A stretch of 24,158 bases of DNA, taken from positions 1-24,158 of IMG/VR virus record IMGVR_UViG_3300012038_000161; one strand, written 5' to 3'. The translations under genes and the position numbers were made by a program. Shown here one piece after another: positions 1 through 7,803 of the stretch (its first letter is position 1; each line of letters starts with the position of its first letter). Below the pieces are notes generated by a model. The model searched no databases and had not been told where the DNA came from. It worked only from the letters and a program-made list of their open reading frames with translations. This stretch comes from a virus. Lineage: Duplodnaviria; Caudoviricetes.

Positions 1-15
1 CGTCGTCTTATCCGC

Positions 16-31
16 GGGCGGCCGGCCGCCC
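16..31. repeat. Perfect 16-bp GC palindrome
   Basis: GGGCGGCCGGCCGCCC is its own reverse complement and lies just downstream of int; function unknown. Confidence 0.6.
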
Positions 32-63
32 AGGGTCCCCACCCCAGGTCGCACTAACATTTG

Positions 64-84
64 TGGTTTGATTTTGGTTTGATC
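64..84 (+). repeat. Integrase arm-type site pair, left arm
   Basis: Two TGGTTTGAT units; identical to 238-258. Confidence 0.8.
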
Positions 85-105
85 GTAAGCGCACAAAAGC
101 CGAAG

Positions 106-1293
106 TTATCCCACTTTGCGCAGTTTCTGCGCTGACCTAACTGCTTGAAATACCGATTGTTTGATTTTATCAGATATCAGTGACCCGGGTTCGAGTCCCG
201 TTGGGACCACCACATTATTCAACGACTTAGCTACCTCTGGTTTGATTTTGGTTTGATCACCCATCGCCAGAGCGCCGCAGTAGTTGCGCTCGATCATCGC
301 AACGCTGGTGCCGTGGTACTGGGCGACCGCCAGCAGCTGCTCGCCGCGCTTCACCGCTTCGGTGATGCTGGTATGTCTTGTGCTGTAGAACTTTCGATGT
401 TCAACGTTGGCGCCCTCACAGATCTTGCGCCAGTATATTCTCATCCACTCGTTGGCGTCGAGCGCCGCGGCGCTCACCTTGTTGTAGAAGACCGCGTCCT
501 TGTCGGTGTGCCATGGCAGCCGCATCTGTTGCAGGACATCGATCAGATCGCGGCTCACCTGGATGACCCGCCAGCTCCCCGCTGTCTTGGTGCGGTTATC
601 TGCCCGCAAATGTCGGCTGCGCTGGATCGCTACCGTGCAATGCTCGGCCGATATGTCCGCCCAACGCAGGCCGGTCGACTCGCTCGGACGGCAGCCAGTG
701 GAGAACTGAAACAGGACGAAGGGATAATAAAAAGTTTGATGCTCGGCGACCCACGCTAGGATCTTGTCAGACTCCTCGTTAGTGAACGGCTCAGGTAAGC
801 GCCGATCGGCGGCCGGCCAGCGCAACCCGGCAAACGGCACGCGATCAAGCAGACCGTCAGCCATGGCGTCGCGCCACATCGCCCGGAGGCTGCCGACGAT
901 CACATTGCGCGCCGTCTTCACGCTCAAACCCTTGGCCAGCATTATGTTTCTCAATCGCTCTGCCGCTTTCATGTCCACCGCCGCCAGTGGCGTCTTGCCC
1001 ATCACCGGGAGGATATAAGCATTGAAATGCTGCTTATAATCCCGCACCGCGCTGCGCCGCACCATCGGCTCCGTCTTGCGATCAATCCAACTTTCGTAAT
1101 AATCGGCGACGGTGACACCCTTTCCGAAACCGAACTTGCCCTTGACGTACTGATCGAGGCGATGCTCGGCGAACCGTTTAACCGTCGTCCCCAACGACTT
1201 GAGTAGACGGCCATCTACCAAGTAATAGACGCCCTTGCGGTCCAGTCTTTTTTTTAAGTGCGGCGGCATTGTCAGTCGGCACGCTCTGGCCAT
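106..1293 (-). CDS. int: Tyrosine recombinase / phage integrase
   Basis: Core-binding region plus catalytic motifs TGCRPSE (R), RTKT (K), FYSTRHT, YHGTS and RNY (Y); start may be ATG at 1269. Confidence 0.95.
   Translation of the reverse strand: MARACRLTMPPHLKKRLDRKGVYYLVDGRLLKSLGTTVKRFAEHRLDQYVKGKFGFGKGVTVADYYESWIDRKTEPMVRRSAVRDYKQHFNAYILPVMGKTPLAAVDMKAAERLRNIMLAKGLSVKTARNVIVGSLRAMWRDAMADGLLDRVPFAGLRWPAADRRLPEPFTNEESDKILAWVAEHQTFYYPFVLFQFSTGCRPSESTGLRWADISAEHCTVAIQRSRHLRADNRTKTAGSWRVIQVSRDLIDVLQQMRLPWHTDKDAVFYNKVSAAALDANEWMRIYWRKICEGANVEHRKFYSTRHTSITEAVKRGEQLLAVAQYHGTSVAMIERNYCGALAMGDQTKIKPEVAKSLNNVVVPTGLEPGSLISDKIKQSVFQAVRSAQKLRKVG
186..212 (+). other. att core: 3' fragment of a tRNA (probably tRNA-Glu), not a full tRNA
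   Basis: CGGGTTCGAGTCCCGTTGGGACCACCA = T-arm, acceptor 3' strand and CCA; no D or anticodon arm upstream; the implied acceptor 5' strand GGTCCCA resembles tRNA-Glu. Confidence 0.85.
217..229 (+). promoter_or_regulatory. IHF-like binding site
   Basis: ATTCAACGACTTA has one mismatch to WATCAANNNNTTR; a similar one-mismatch site is on the minus strand near 138-150. Confidence 0.5.
238..258 (+). repeat. Integrase arm-type site pair, right arm
   Basis: Two TGGTTTGAT units; identical to 64-84. Confidence 0.8.
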
Positions 1294-1514
1294 GTCGCTG
1301 GATCTATGCCGAAATTACGTAAAGCCACAACCAATGCCTCAGTTGGGTTTGTTCCGCCGGGTCTTTTCGCTAGGAGGTGCCAGTGTATGGTAGTGCGCTC
1401 TTGAACTATTTGGATCACAAGAGCGCGCACTCGGCTAACTCCAAATGTACCGAACTCACCGGCATCTCTGTTTTGTATTTCTGTCCACACTGCTCCTATT
1501 TCCTTGTCGGTCAT
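1272..1514 (-). CDS. Hypothetical phage protein (about 80 aa)
   Basis: ATG overlaps the upstream stop, GGAG RBS, coupled in the operon. Confidence 0.6.
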   Translation of the reverse strand: MTDKEIGAVWTEIQNRDAGEFGTFGVSRVRALVIQIVQERTTIHWHLLAKRPGGTNPTEALVVALRNFGIDPATWPERAD

Positions 1515-1816
1515 CACTCCACCCCTATCGTTTCCCGCCAACCGCCAGGTAATAAACGCCCTTGCGGTCTAGTCTTTTTTTTATGTGCGGCGGCATTGAT
1601 CACGAGCTCCTTCAGGCTGATATTAAGCCTATCGCAGATTCGAAACAACGCATCGCAGCGCGGCAGCTCGCCGCGAAAGTCGAGCAGCTTCTTAAAGCTA
1701 GCCGGCGCTGTCTCGCAGGCAGCCGCGGCATCTTCGATGCCGGCAAAGCCAGCGTCGTGGATCGCTTGGAGCAACAAGCCGACGTCGACCTTGGTCTCTT
1801 CAGCGTTGACCTTCAT
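1514..1816 (-). CDS. XRE-family HTH protein (possible regulator or directionality factor)
   Basis: LPRCDALFRICDRLNISLKEL matches the XRE HTH C-terminal pattern; close to int. Confidence 0.7.
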   Translation of the reverse strand: MKVNAEETKVDVGLLLQAIHDAGFAGIEDAAAACETAPASFKKLLDFRGELPRCDALFRICDRLNISLKELVINAAAHKKKTRPQGRLLPGGWRETIGVE

Positions 1817-1992
1817 TCAACGACCCTGATTTTAAGTTGCGTCATCTTGTCTTTGCAGTGGTTCACAAACTGGCCGAACGCTATCATGTCAAGCGCTGAA
1901 AACTCACCAGTAAAAGTCACCTGATATGCCGCCGTTGGCAGCGGTGCCGGATCAGGCGTTTGACTATCGGCAATAATGCTTTCGCTGTCCAT
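1813..1992 (-). CDS. Hypothetical protein (59 aa)
   Basis: ATG immediately after the VRR-NUC stop; ATGA overlap with the next gene. Confidence 0.5.
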   Translation of the reverse strand: MDSESIIADSQTPDPAPLPTAAYQVTFTGEFSALDMIAFGQFVNHCKDKMTQLKIRVVE

Positions 1993-1994
1993 GC

Positions 1995-2432
1995 CTAAAT
2001 CCACCGCTTCAAGATCAGCGCGCACAAATTTTCCGCCTCGGTTGGAGTGCTCGGGGAGTGCCACTCGTGTCCGAATTTTAGGAGATCGTCGCGCCATCGT
2101 CTTTGTTCCGGCCGCAGCTTTCCGCCGGGCGCCTTGGTCTCGACCCAGACAGTGACGCCGTGGGGGCATACGATGGTGAGATCCGGCTTGCCGCGTTGCG
2201 ACTCGGCCAGCAGAGCCGGCACCAGGCGGCCGTCTTTGCTCTGAACCAGCTTCACGTCGCGGTTGCGCATGTACGGTATTTGCGCCTTCTCGCAGAAGTC
2301 GACGAGAATCTTCTGAATGTTGCGTTCCTTGATCTGCCCATAATACGCCGAGATGTCTTTCGCTAACCGCTCTTGCTGTTGTTTTTCACGTAGACTGCGC
2401 AGCGCAACGTGACTGCTAAAATTCTTGGCCAT
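1995..2432 (-). CDS. VRR-NUC (PD-(D/E)xK) nuclease, likely Holliday-junction resolvase-like
   Basis: ERNIQ...GKPDL...WVETKAPGGKLRPEQRRW is the canonical VRR-NUC pattern. Confidence 0.9.
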   Translation of the reverse strand: MAKNFSSHVALRSLREKQQQERLAKDISAYYGQIKERNIQKILVDFCEKAQIPYMRNRDVKLVQSKDGRLVPALLAESQRGKPDLTIVCPHGVTVWVETKAPGGKLRPEQRRWRDDLLKFGHEWHSPSTPTEAENLCALILKRWI

Positions 2433-2840
2433 CTACTTATCTCCTTCTATTTGTGCCGCCACCCATGCGCGCATTCTAGCCCATCGCTCTGGTGGTGTTT
2501 CCGGGTTGTTCCACTTGTCCCACCATTCGTCGTTCATGTAGGCGATCTCGGCAGCCATCGCCGGCGCGATTCCGAGGACTTTACCAACATAATGACTGTC
2601 GAAATAGTCCACTCCGGCGAGGTCGAGGTTGCGCGTTTTGAACACCGCACCGAGCGCGCAGCAGTTGCCGTTTGCGTCAACTAACTCGTCGGCTATGAGA
2701 GTTTTTTCTGGCATCGCGTCGAGCGCTGCCGCCATGGCGCGCAAAAACTTTTGCCCACGTTTGCCCTTCAGAGCCCGCTCGACGGCGTTGCGGTACAGTT
2801 CTAAGTTTTCACAGTCCTCGCTGTAGCCGCTTCTACTCAT
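2433..2840 (-). CDS. Hypothetical phage protein (135 aa)
   Basis: Coupled ORF with globular protein-like composition (CCALG motif). Confidence 0.8.
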   Translation of the reverse strand: MSRSGYSEDCENLELYRNAVERALKGKRGQKFLRAMAAALDAMPEKTLIADELVDANGNCCALGAVFKTRNLDLAGVDYFDSHYVGKVLGIAPAMAAEIAYMNDEWWDKWNNPETPPERWARMRAWVAAQIEGDK

Positions 2841-3045
2841 GATTATTTCCCCACTCTTGCTGATCGTTATTATAATTGGACGAGATCAACGGCCTGTCAG
2901 GTTTGTCCGCGGAGATCAGCGCGGCGCGGATCACCCCCTCGACCCTGATGCCCTGCTGGTTATACCAGCTCGCGCACTCGGACACCGACGCGCCGGCCTT
3001 GAACTGTTGGAGAATTTTAGCCTTGAGGTTTTTCGTCAATCGCAT
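2833..3045 (-). CDS. Small putative HTH protein
   Basis: ILQQFKAGASVSECASWY resembles an HTH; overlaps both neighbours. Confidence 0.6.
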   Translation of the reverse strand: MRLTKNLKAKILQQFKAGASVSECASWYNQQGIRVEGVIRAALISADKPDRPLISSNYNNDQQEWGNNHE

Positions 3046-4117
3046 TTATAAGCCACTTCGCTTTCTTGTAGCACTTCACACCATCGGCCATGTCTTCAGT
3101 GCCATGATAGTCTGCGCAAAAACAGTTATCTTCGCACGGCGCCGTCACCGTCTTCGGCGTCAAGATGCCATGCTCAACCGCCAGTTCCTCGAACGTCCCG
3201 CAATCGATGTCACCGCCATCAGGCCAGTGTGACGCTTCGAACAGCGCGCGGATAAAGGTGCGCAGGGTGGCGATCTCCGCTTGTCCGTGCAGGTAATCGT
3301 CTTCTTGCTTTTTCAATTCTATAATTCTTTGATATTGCCACTTGTTTGATTTTTCCAGCCGCTCCACTTCCCCGCGCAGGGTGTCACGCTCATACATGAC
3401 ATCCACGTTGTACCGTTGCACCGCATTTAGCTCATCGCGCAGGGTGGCGATCTCTCTTGTTACTGCTTCAAGTTGGTCCCGTATCATCTGTTGCTCTGGC
3501 GCAACTCTGTTCTTCCACTCATTCACTTCCCGGCGCAGGTCGTAACACTCGTTTATGAGTGCCATCACGCCATCGTAAGGCCCCTCGGTTATCATCACGC
3601 CAGCATTGCCCAACTCTTTCGCAATGAACTCTACCTGTTCTCGGTAATCAAGCAGGTCGCCGCGCAGGGTGGCGATCTCGGCTTCGCGTATGTGCACCAA
3701 TCCTTGAATGGATTGGTACGCTATTTTTGCCGAGCTTTGAGGGCACAACCCCCCGCACACCGGGCACTTAGTAACATCACCATCATAGTTGCCGGGATGA
3801 AATGTCCCCCAACATTCACTACACTTAGTTAGCCGCTCCACTTCCTTGCGCAGGGTGGCGATCTCGGCTCGCAGCTCCAGCTTTTCAGCTTCCAACCTTT
3901 TGAAATCGTGCATACCGTTGTCGTTGATAATCGTTTGTAGCCGTTCCACTTCCCCGCGCAGGGCGGCGATCTTCCATTGCAAAGCCGCTGCGCAATTTAC
4001 GCACAGCGGCGGATTCTCGGCACTCGTATGATCGCCACAACGGCAAATTGTGGCTTCGCGCAGTGTGGCGATCTCGGCCTCATAGCTCTGTTCAGTCCTA
4101 AAATTGTGGTTACTCAT
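3017..4117 (-). CDS. Modular coiled-coil and zinc-ribbon protein with repeated EIATLR(xEVERL) linkers
   Basis: About 8 linker copies, two Cys4 modules and a C-terminal Cys-containing domain; likely start MSNHNF at 4117. Confidence 0.8.
   Translation of the reverse strand: MSNHNFRTEQSYEAEIATLREATICRCGDHTSAENPPLCVNCAAALQWKIAALRGEVERLQTIINDNGMHDFKRLEAEKLELRAEIATLRKEVERLTKCSECWGTFHPGNYDGDVTKCPVCGGLCPQSSAKIAYQSIQGLVHIREAEIATLRGDLLDYREQVEFIAKELGNAGVMITEGPYDGVMALINECYDLRREVNEWKNRVAPEQQMIRDQLEAVTREIATLRDELNAVQRYNVDVMYERDTLRGEVERLEKSNKWQYQRIIELKKQEDDYLHGQAEIATLRTFIRALFEASHWPDGGDIDCGTFEELAVEHGILTPKTVTAPCEDNCFCADYHGTEDMADGVKCYKKAKWLINAIDEKPQG
3260..4078 (-). repeat. Interspersed direct repeats GAGATCGCCACCCTGCGC(GGGGAAGTGGAGCGGCT)
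   Basis: Copies at about 3260-3277, 3357-3383, 3437-3454, 3524-3539 (partial), 3662-3682, 3831-3868, 3939-3972 and 4058-4078. Confidence 0.9.
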
Positions 4118-4259
4118 CGTCGCTGCCCCCATCCGTACAGCGGACGCATAACGTATCTCGTAGAGAATTGCAGCACGGCCCATATAGCGCCCCGCAAATC
4201 TCACAACAAGACGTTTCCTGACACTCTTCGTTACATATTTCGCAGGTAATTTCAGCCAT
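4110..4259 (-). CDS. Cys-rich microprotein (49 aa, 10 Cys), below the ORF-track cutoff
   Basis: MAEITCEICNEECQETSCCEICGALYGPCCNSLRDTLCVRCTDGGSDDE; overlaps both neighbours; GAGG RBS. Confidence 0.7.
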   Translation of the reverse strand: MAEITCEICNEECQETSCCEICGALYGPCCNSLRDTLCVRCTDGGSDDE

Positions 4260-4443
4260 CGGATTTGCCCCTCGCTGCTTCAATGATCGCTATGATCAAC
4301 TCATTTTCCGCGGCTGTGACTTGCTGCGGAGTGTTGTCTTCTTTTCCCCATCGCTTCACCGCTAAGAAATAATCGTCAAAAGCTGTAGACACAGCTGGCG
4401 ACACCCTAATTCTGCAAACTTTGTCCATCAGATTGCCCATCAC
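4252..4443 (-). CDS. Hypothetical protein (63 aa)
   Basis: Coupled ORF with AAGGA RBS. Confidence 0.65.
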   Translation of the reverse strand: MMGNLMDKVCRIRVSPAVSTAFDDYFLAVKRWGKEDNTPQQVTAAENELIIAIIEAARGKSDG

Positions 4444-4871
4444 GGCGTTTCCTTGCCGGCTGCTGGTTCTGGTCGTTCATGGCAATCACCCATCGCGGCA
4501 ATGAGCTGATCGGCGGTCAGTCGGCCCTCGGTGATCGCCAGTATGCCGGCCAGCCACCGCCGGCCGCGCTCGACGTTGCGCTGGTCGCCAGCGGGCGGGC
4601 GATAATTCGACAACGGCCGGCGCGGCTCTGCTGCCTTCTTGGCTTCCCACGCCTTCTCGCGCGCGTCGGTGACGAATGTTCTGAAGCGCTCGATGGTTGG
4701 AAAGCGCCCGGGCGTCTGCTTGCTGTTGTGCAGCATCATCGCTTTGCAAAAAACATCGTCATGCTCTTTCTCAAAAGCGATCCACCACGCCTCGCGCGCC
4801 GTGTAGGAAAAATCGACCTTGTGAAAGCGTTGCATGTATTCAAAGCACTCGTCAAAAGTGTGTTTGTCCAT
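4440..4871 (-). CDS. Putative replicative helicase loader/inhibitor-like protein
   Basis: Helical N-terminus with W...F...A....FPTI pattern (G39P/lambda P N-terminal-like); downstream of the initiator. Confidence 0.6.
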   Translation of the reverse strand: MDKHTFDECFEYMQRFHKVDFSYTAREAWWIAFEKEHDDVFCKAMMLHNSKQTPGRFPTIERFRTFVTDAREKAWEAKKAAEPRRPLSNYRPPAGDQRNVERGRRWLAGILAITEGRLTADQLIAAMGDCHERPEPAAGKETP

Positions 4872-4887
4872 GGGTGAAATCTCTGTT

Positions 4888-5010
4888 GACTGGCCGGGAA
4901 CGATAGGTTGATAGATTAGCGCCTAACCCCTATCGCCCCCGCCAGCCTTGCGATGGGCCAGCGTCCTGTAGCGAGAATGTTTTCCGGGCGTTCTCTACAG
5001 ATTCGCCCGG
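4888..5010 (-). promoter_or_regulatory. Structured RNA element (two hairpins)
   Basis: A long stem of about 19 bp with G-U pairs only on the minus strand (4888-4947) and CCGGGCG...CGCCCGG (4984-5010). Confidence 0.55.
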
Positions 5011-5051
5011 TTCTATGACTGACGCAGCGCTATGGCCCTGATGTATTTGTT

Positions 5052-5522
5052 TCATTCCCTGTTTGCTGTCGCATTGAGCGCGAGACGTTTGGCATCGTCA
5101 AAACTTTTAATCTCTCCAAATTCCTTGATGCCGACTGTAATGGCCGGCGGCGTCGGTATAGTCGACACCGTTGGCCGCCAAAGATGCAGCGTATCAGGGT
5201 GGTTGTTCACGTACTCTGACGCGCGCGGGTGTAGTTGCATCACCACGTCTTCATCGTCCCAAAATACAGCCTTAACCGCGTTCATCTCACGCCAAGTCGG
5301 GGTGCGAGAGCGCTTGCCCTCTTCGCAGTGTACTGAAACATGCTCCCACGGCTCACCTGGCAGCATTGCGACGTGCCAATCGCTGCCATCGCTCGCAATC
5401 GCGAAGATCGTTCGCGATGGTATGACCGACGGCAACAAGAAGGCGCCGTTGTTGCCGTTTTCTGGCGTGCTACGCATTCGCCCGACCTTGAGTCTAAATT
5501 TCTCTGGAACATGAAAACTCAT
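5052..5522 (-). CDS. Conserved-type phage hypothetical protein (156 aa)
   Basis: WEHVSV...RTPTWREM..VK..FW...QLHP...YVNNHP..LHLW motif set, recurrent in phages. Confidence 0.85.
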   Translation of the reverse strand: MSFHVPEKFRLKVGRMRSTPENGNNGAFLLPSVIPSRTIFAIASDGSDWHVAMLPGEPWEHVSVHCEEGKRSRTPTWREMNAVKAVFWDDEDVVMQLHPRASEYVNNHPDTLHLWRPTVSTIPTPPAITVGIKEFGEIKSFDDAKRLALNATANRE

Positions 5523-5527
5523 TGTGT

Positions 5528-6364
5528 TTACCCCGACCCTTTGGCTATCGACTCGATCCGCTTGAGCACCGCGCCGTCGTCTTCGACACCAGGCGGTTTC
5601 TTTTCGTCGTCGTCAAGATCGTGCAGATTGACCCACTCGTTGGCGAGATTCTTTAGCACCACAGCACGCGGATCGCTGCCGGTGAGCTTGAACTGTGACA
5701 GCTGTTGTCCTACTGCCTCCAGGCTGAAAACCGATTGCCGTTTGCCCTTGCTGCGGAGAAACCGCTCGTAGTTCTGCCAGAGATTCCAGTCACCGATTAT
5801 ATTTGCCGGATGTCTCTCCCCTAGTCCTAGATCATCCCCGGCTTTGACCAAGGTTAACTCCACACGCGCGCGCGCGGAAGAAACTGCGCAAGCGGTTTCT
5901 TCTGAATGTGAAAGAGAAAGAGGAAGAGGAAGAGAGACGGTACTTTCCGGTGTTTCGCGCTGATCTCCGGTGTTTTCCGGTGTTTTCCGGTGTTCTCCGC
6001 TGATCTCCGGTGTTTTCCGGTGTTTTCCGGTGTTTTCCGGTGGCGTCTTGGCGCGGTTACCTGGCTTGATGTAAGTCTGGTATTTATAAAAGGATTCAGC
6101 GGGGAAATAATATCTGCCGTCGGCATCACGTCCGACCAGCTCATACTCGATCAGCTCGTCGACGGCAGCCTCGACCTCATCGTCAGTGCGCCTCCGGCCT
6201 GGCATCACCGATAATCTCAACTCCTCGGCGTTTTTCGCTGAAAGTCGGCAATTGTCGGCGGCGTGCGGCAGCATCCATGAATAAAGCAGCGCCGCCAGTT
6301 CGGACACCCGATTTAACTTGGTATCGATTGATACGTCGGTTGAAATGTAGCGTTTGCGAGCCAT
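5528..6364 (-). CDS. Phage replication initiator (replisome organiser)
   Basis: MARKR N-terminal winged-helix-like domain, internal 10-bp iteron tract, SLPLPLSLS linker. Confidence 0.85.
   Translation of the reverse strand: MARKRYISTDVSIDTKLNRVSELAALLYSWMLPHAADNCRLSAKNAEELRLSVMPGRRRTDDEVEAAVDELIEYELVGRDADGRYYFPAESFYKYQTYIKPGNRAKTPPENTGKHRKTPEISGEHRKTPENTGDQRETPESTVSLPLPLSLSHSEETACAVSSARARVELTLVKAGDDLGLGERHPANIIGDWNLWQNYERFLRSKGKRQSVFSLEAVGQQLSQFKLTGSDPRAVVLKNLANEWVNLHDLDDDEKKPPGVEDDGAVLKRIESIAKGSG
5945..6042. repeat. Iterons / probable replication origin
   Basis: Eight CCGGTG(TTTT) and two degenerate CGCTGATCT units in exact 10-bp register inside the initiator gene. Confidence 0.85.
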
Positions 6365-6392
6365 TAGAGTCCTTTCAAAACGGCACTTTTTG

Positions 6393-6605
6393 TTAATTAA
6401 AACTGCCAGCTCTTATCCGATTGCAGCTCGCGTGCACAAGTCGTTTGTTAAACGGCTTTTCCGATCCACCGCGGTGCTTGTGAATGATATGATCTATCTC
6501 AATGTTTCTCGCGTCCAGGCGAAAGCCACAGATAGCGCACATTCCACTTTGTTTTTTTGAAAGAAAAGTTTTCAATTTTTCCATGGAGCGTCTATTTTTT
6601 CGCAT
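6393..6605 (-). CDS. HNH endonuclease
   Basis: CAICG...DHII...GG....N.RLVHASCN. Confidence 0.9.
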   Translation of the reverse strand: MRKNRRSMEKLKTFLSKKQSGMCAICGFRLDARNIEIDHIIHKHRGGSEKPFNKRLVHASCNRIRAGSFN

Positions 6606-7125
6606 ACCGTAGGGTCGATGGATCGATGCCGTTGGATTCTGCCAGACCTATCTGTTCATTAACCTCTGCCAACATTGTTTGCACTCTGGACAATTCTTTG
6701 GATTTTGCTGTCAACGCTTCACGTAGCACGTCTTCTTCTTGCTCCAACGATAGTTCCCGCGACGCTAAAAACGCCTTCAACTCCAATGGCGAATAGTGAA
6801 AATATTCCTTTGGCACTCCGTCTATAATCAGCCGGCGCGGTATAACGACTTCACGGTCACAAAAGAGATCGCCTTGGATATGTGTATTAACCCATCTGGT
6901 CGTGTCCGTGGCATCGCGCCGATCAGCATTTATTAATTTCTCGTTTATAGAATTCACCATCGCGCGCTCAAGCACAGATCCAACGTTTTCCGATGGCCAC
7001 ATTTCACCAAGAGAAGATCGCAAAATGTCGTATCCATCACGCTTAGTTGGATTGGCTAGTCGCCAGTTACTGATAAATTTCTCCACCTCACGAATGGTCA
7101 TTTCCATCGGCGTGTTCATCTTCAT
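6592..7125 (-). CDS. Hypothetical protein with C-terminal coiled coil
   Basis: GAGGAG RBS before ATG 7125; AT-richer than its flanks. Confidence 0.75.
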   Translation of the reverse strand: MKMNTPMEMTIREVEKFISNWRLANPTKRDGYDILRSSLGEMWPSENVGSVLERAMVNSINEKLINADRRDATDTTRWVNTHIQGDLFCDREVVIPRRLIIDGVPKEYFHYSPLELKAFLASRELSLEQEEDVLREALTAKSKELSRVQTMLAEVNEQIGLAESNGIDPSTLRYAKK

Positions 7126-7801
7126 ATCCAAGCTCCTCACTGATAAATTTGCTTAACTCTTTCCATACTAGAAGAATTTTCCCGGCCTCGACGTTTGAGA
7201 TGGACGGCGCATTCTCACCACGTAGTTCTACGGTTGTTTTTTTTGCGCTTTCCAAATCCCAACGAAAACTTCTCCATAAGCCAGCGCGCCGTTCTTCTTG
7301 AGATCTTTCGGCGTGATCGCTCATCCGTTGCATGGCATCGTGTAGCCGTATCATGCCCGCGGTTGATGCCGTCTCGGGCTCGGACTTGGCGTTTTTGTTC
7401 TGCTCCAACACTTCTTCGAACTTTTCCTGCGGGATCTCGGCCAGCTTTTGGTAGCGGGAGGATTGGTTGCGGCTAAGACCTAACTTCGGCAAATTAAGTG
7501 TCCCACGATGGGACACTTCTTTAGGTCGTCCAGCCGCCGCCGTCGCTCTTTTCCCTGTCGCCGCCGTTTCTTTGAGCATCTGTCCGCAGCGCCGTTCAGC
7601 TCTCAACTTGATTTCGGTCGCCCAGTTGATCATTGCCGTGTCTCGCGCCTGGCGGGCATAGGCTCGCAACGCTTCGGCTTTATCACGGATAGTTTTCACC
7701 TCATCGATGCTATGCGCCGCTTCAAGGGCGGCTCGGGCCGCCTCGTATTTAACGAGACGCGCGCTTTGAACGGTGAGATTTATCGGATTAGCATTCTGCA
7801 T
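7088..7801 (-). CDS. Phage protein whose N-terminal helical domain is often seen on phage adenine methyltransferases; no MTase domain visible
   Basis: YEAARAALEAAHSIDEVKTIRDKAEALRAYARQA...EIKLRAERR.G..L and LGLSRNQSSRYQKLA HTH-like segment; no DPPW/DPPY motif. Confidence 0.7.
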   Translation of the reverse strand: MQNANPINLTVQSARLVKYEAARAALEAAHSIDEVKTIRDKAEALRAYARQARDTAMINWATEIKLRAERRCGQMLKETAATGKRATAAAGRPKEVSHRGTLNLPKLGLSRNQSSRYQKLAEIPQEKFEEVLEQNKNAKSEPETASTAGMIRLHDAMQRMSDHAERSQEERRAGLWRSFRWDLESAKKTTVELRGENAPSISNVEAGKILLVWKELSKFISEELGYEDEHADGNDHS

Positions 7802-7803
7802 TG

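Larger units (their letters stand above)
64..258. mobile_element. Phage attachment site attP (core plus both arms)
   Basis: tRNA 3' fragment at 186-212 flanked by identical 21-bp repeats TGGTTTGATTTTGGTTTGATC at 64-84 and 238-258, with IHF-like sites between; adjacent to and overlapping the integrase. Confidence 0.85.

Noticed and set aside
150-212. Complete tRNA gene
   Set aside because: Only the T-arm and acceptor 3' strand are present; upstream sequence cannot form the D arm, anticodon arm or acceptor 5' strand
3260-4078. CRISPR array
   Set aside because: Repeats vary in length, spacers are long and irregular, everything is in frame within an ORF, and no cas genes are present
7088-7801. 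DNA methyltransferase
   Set aside because: No SAM-binding or DPPY/DPPW catalytic motif visible
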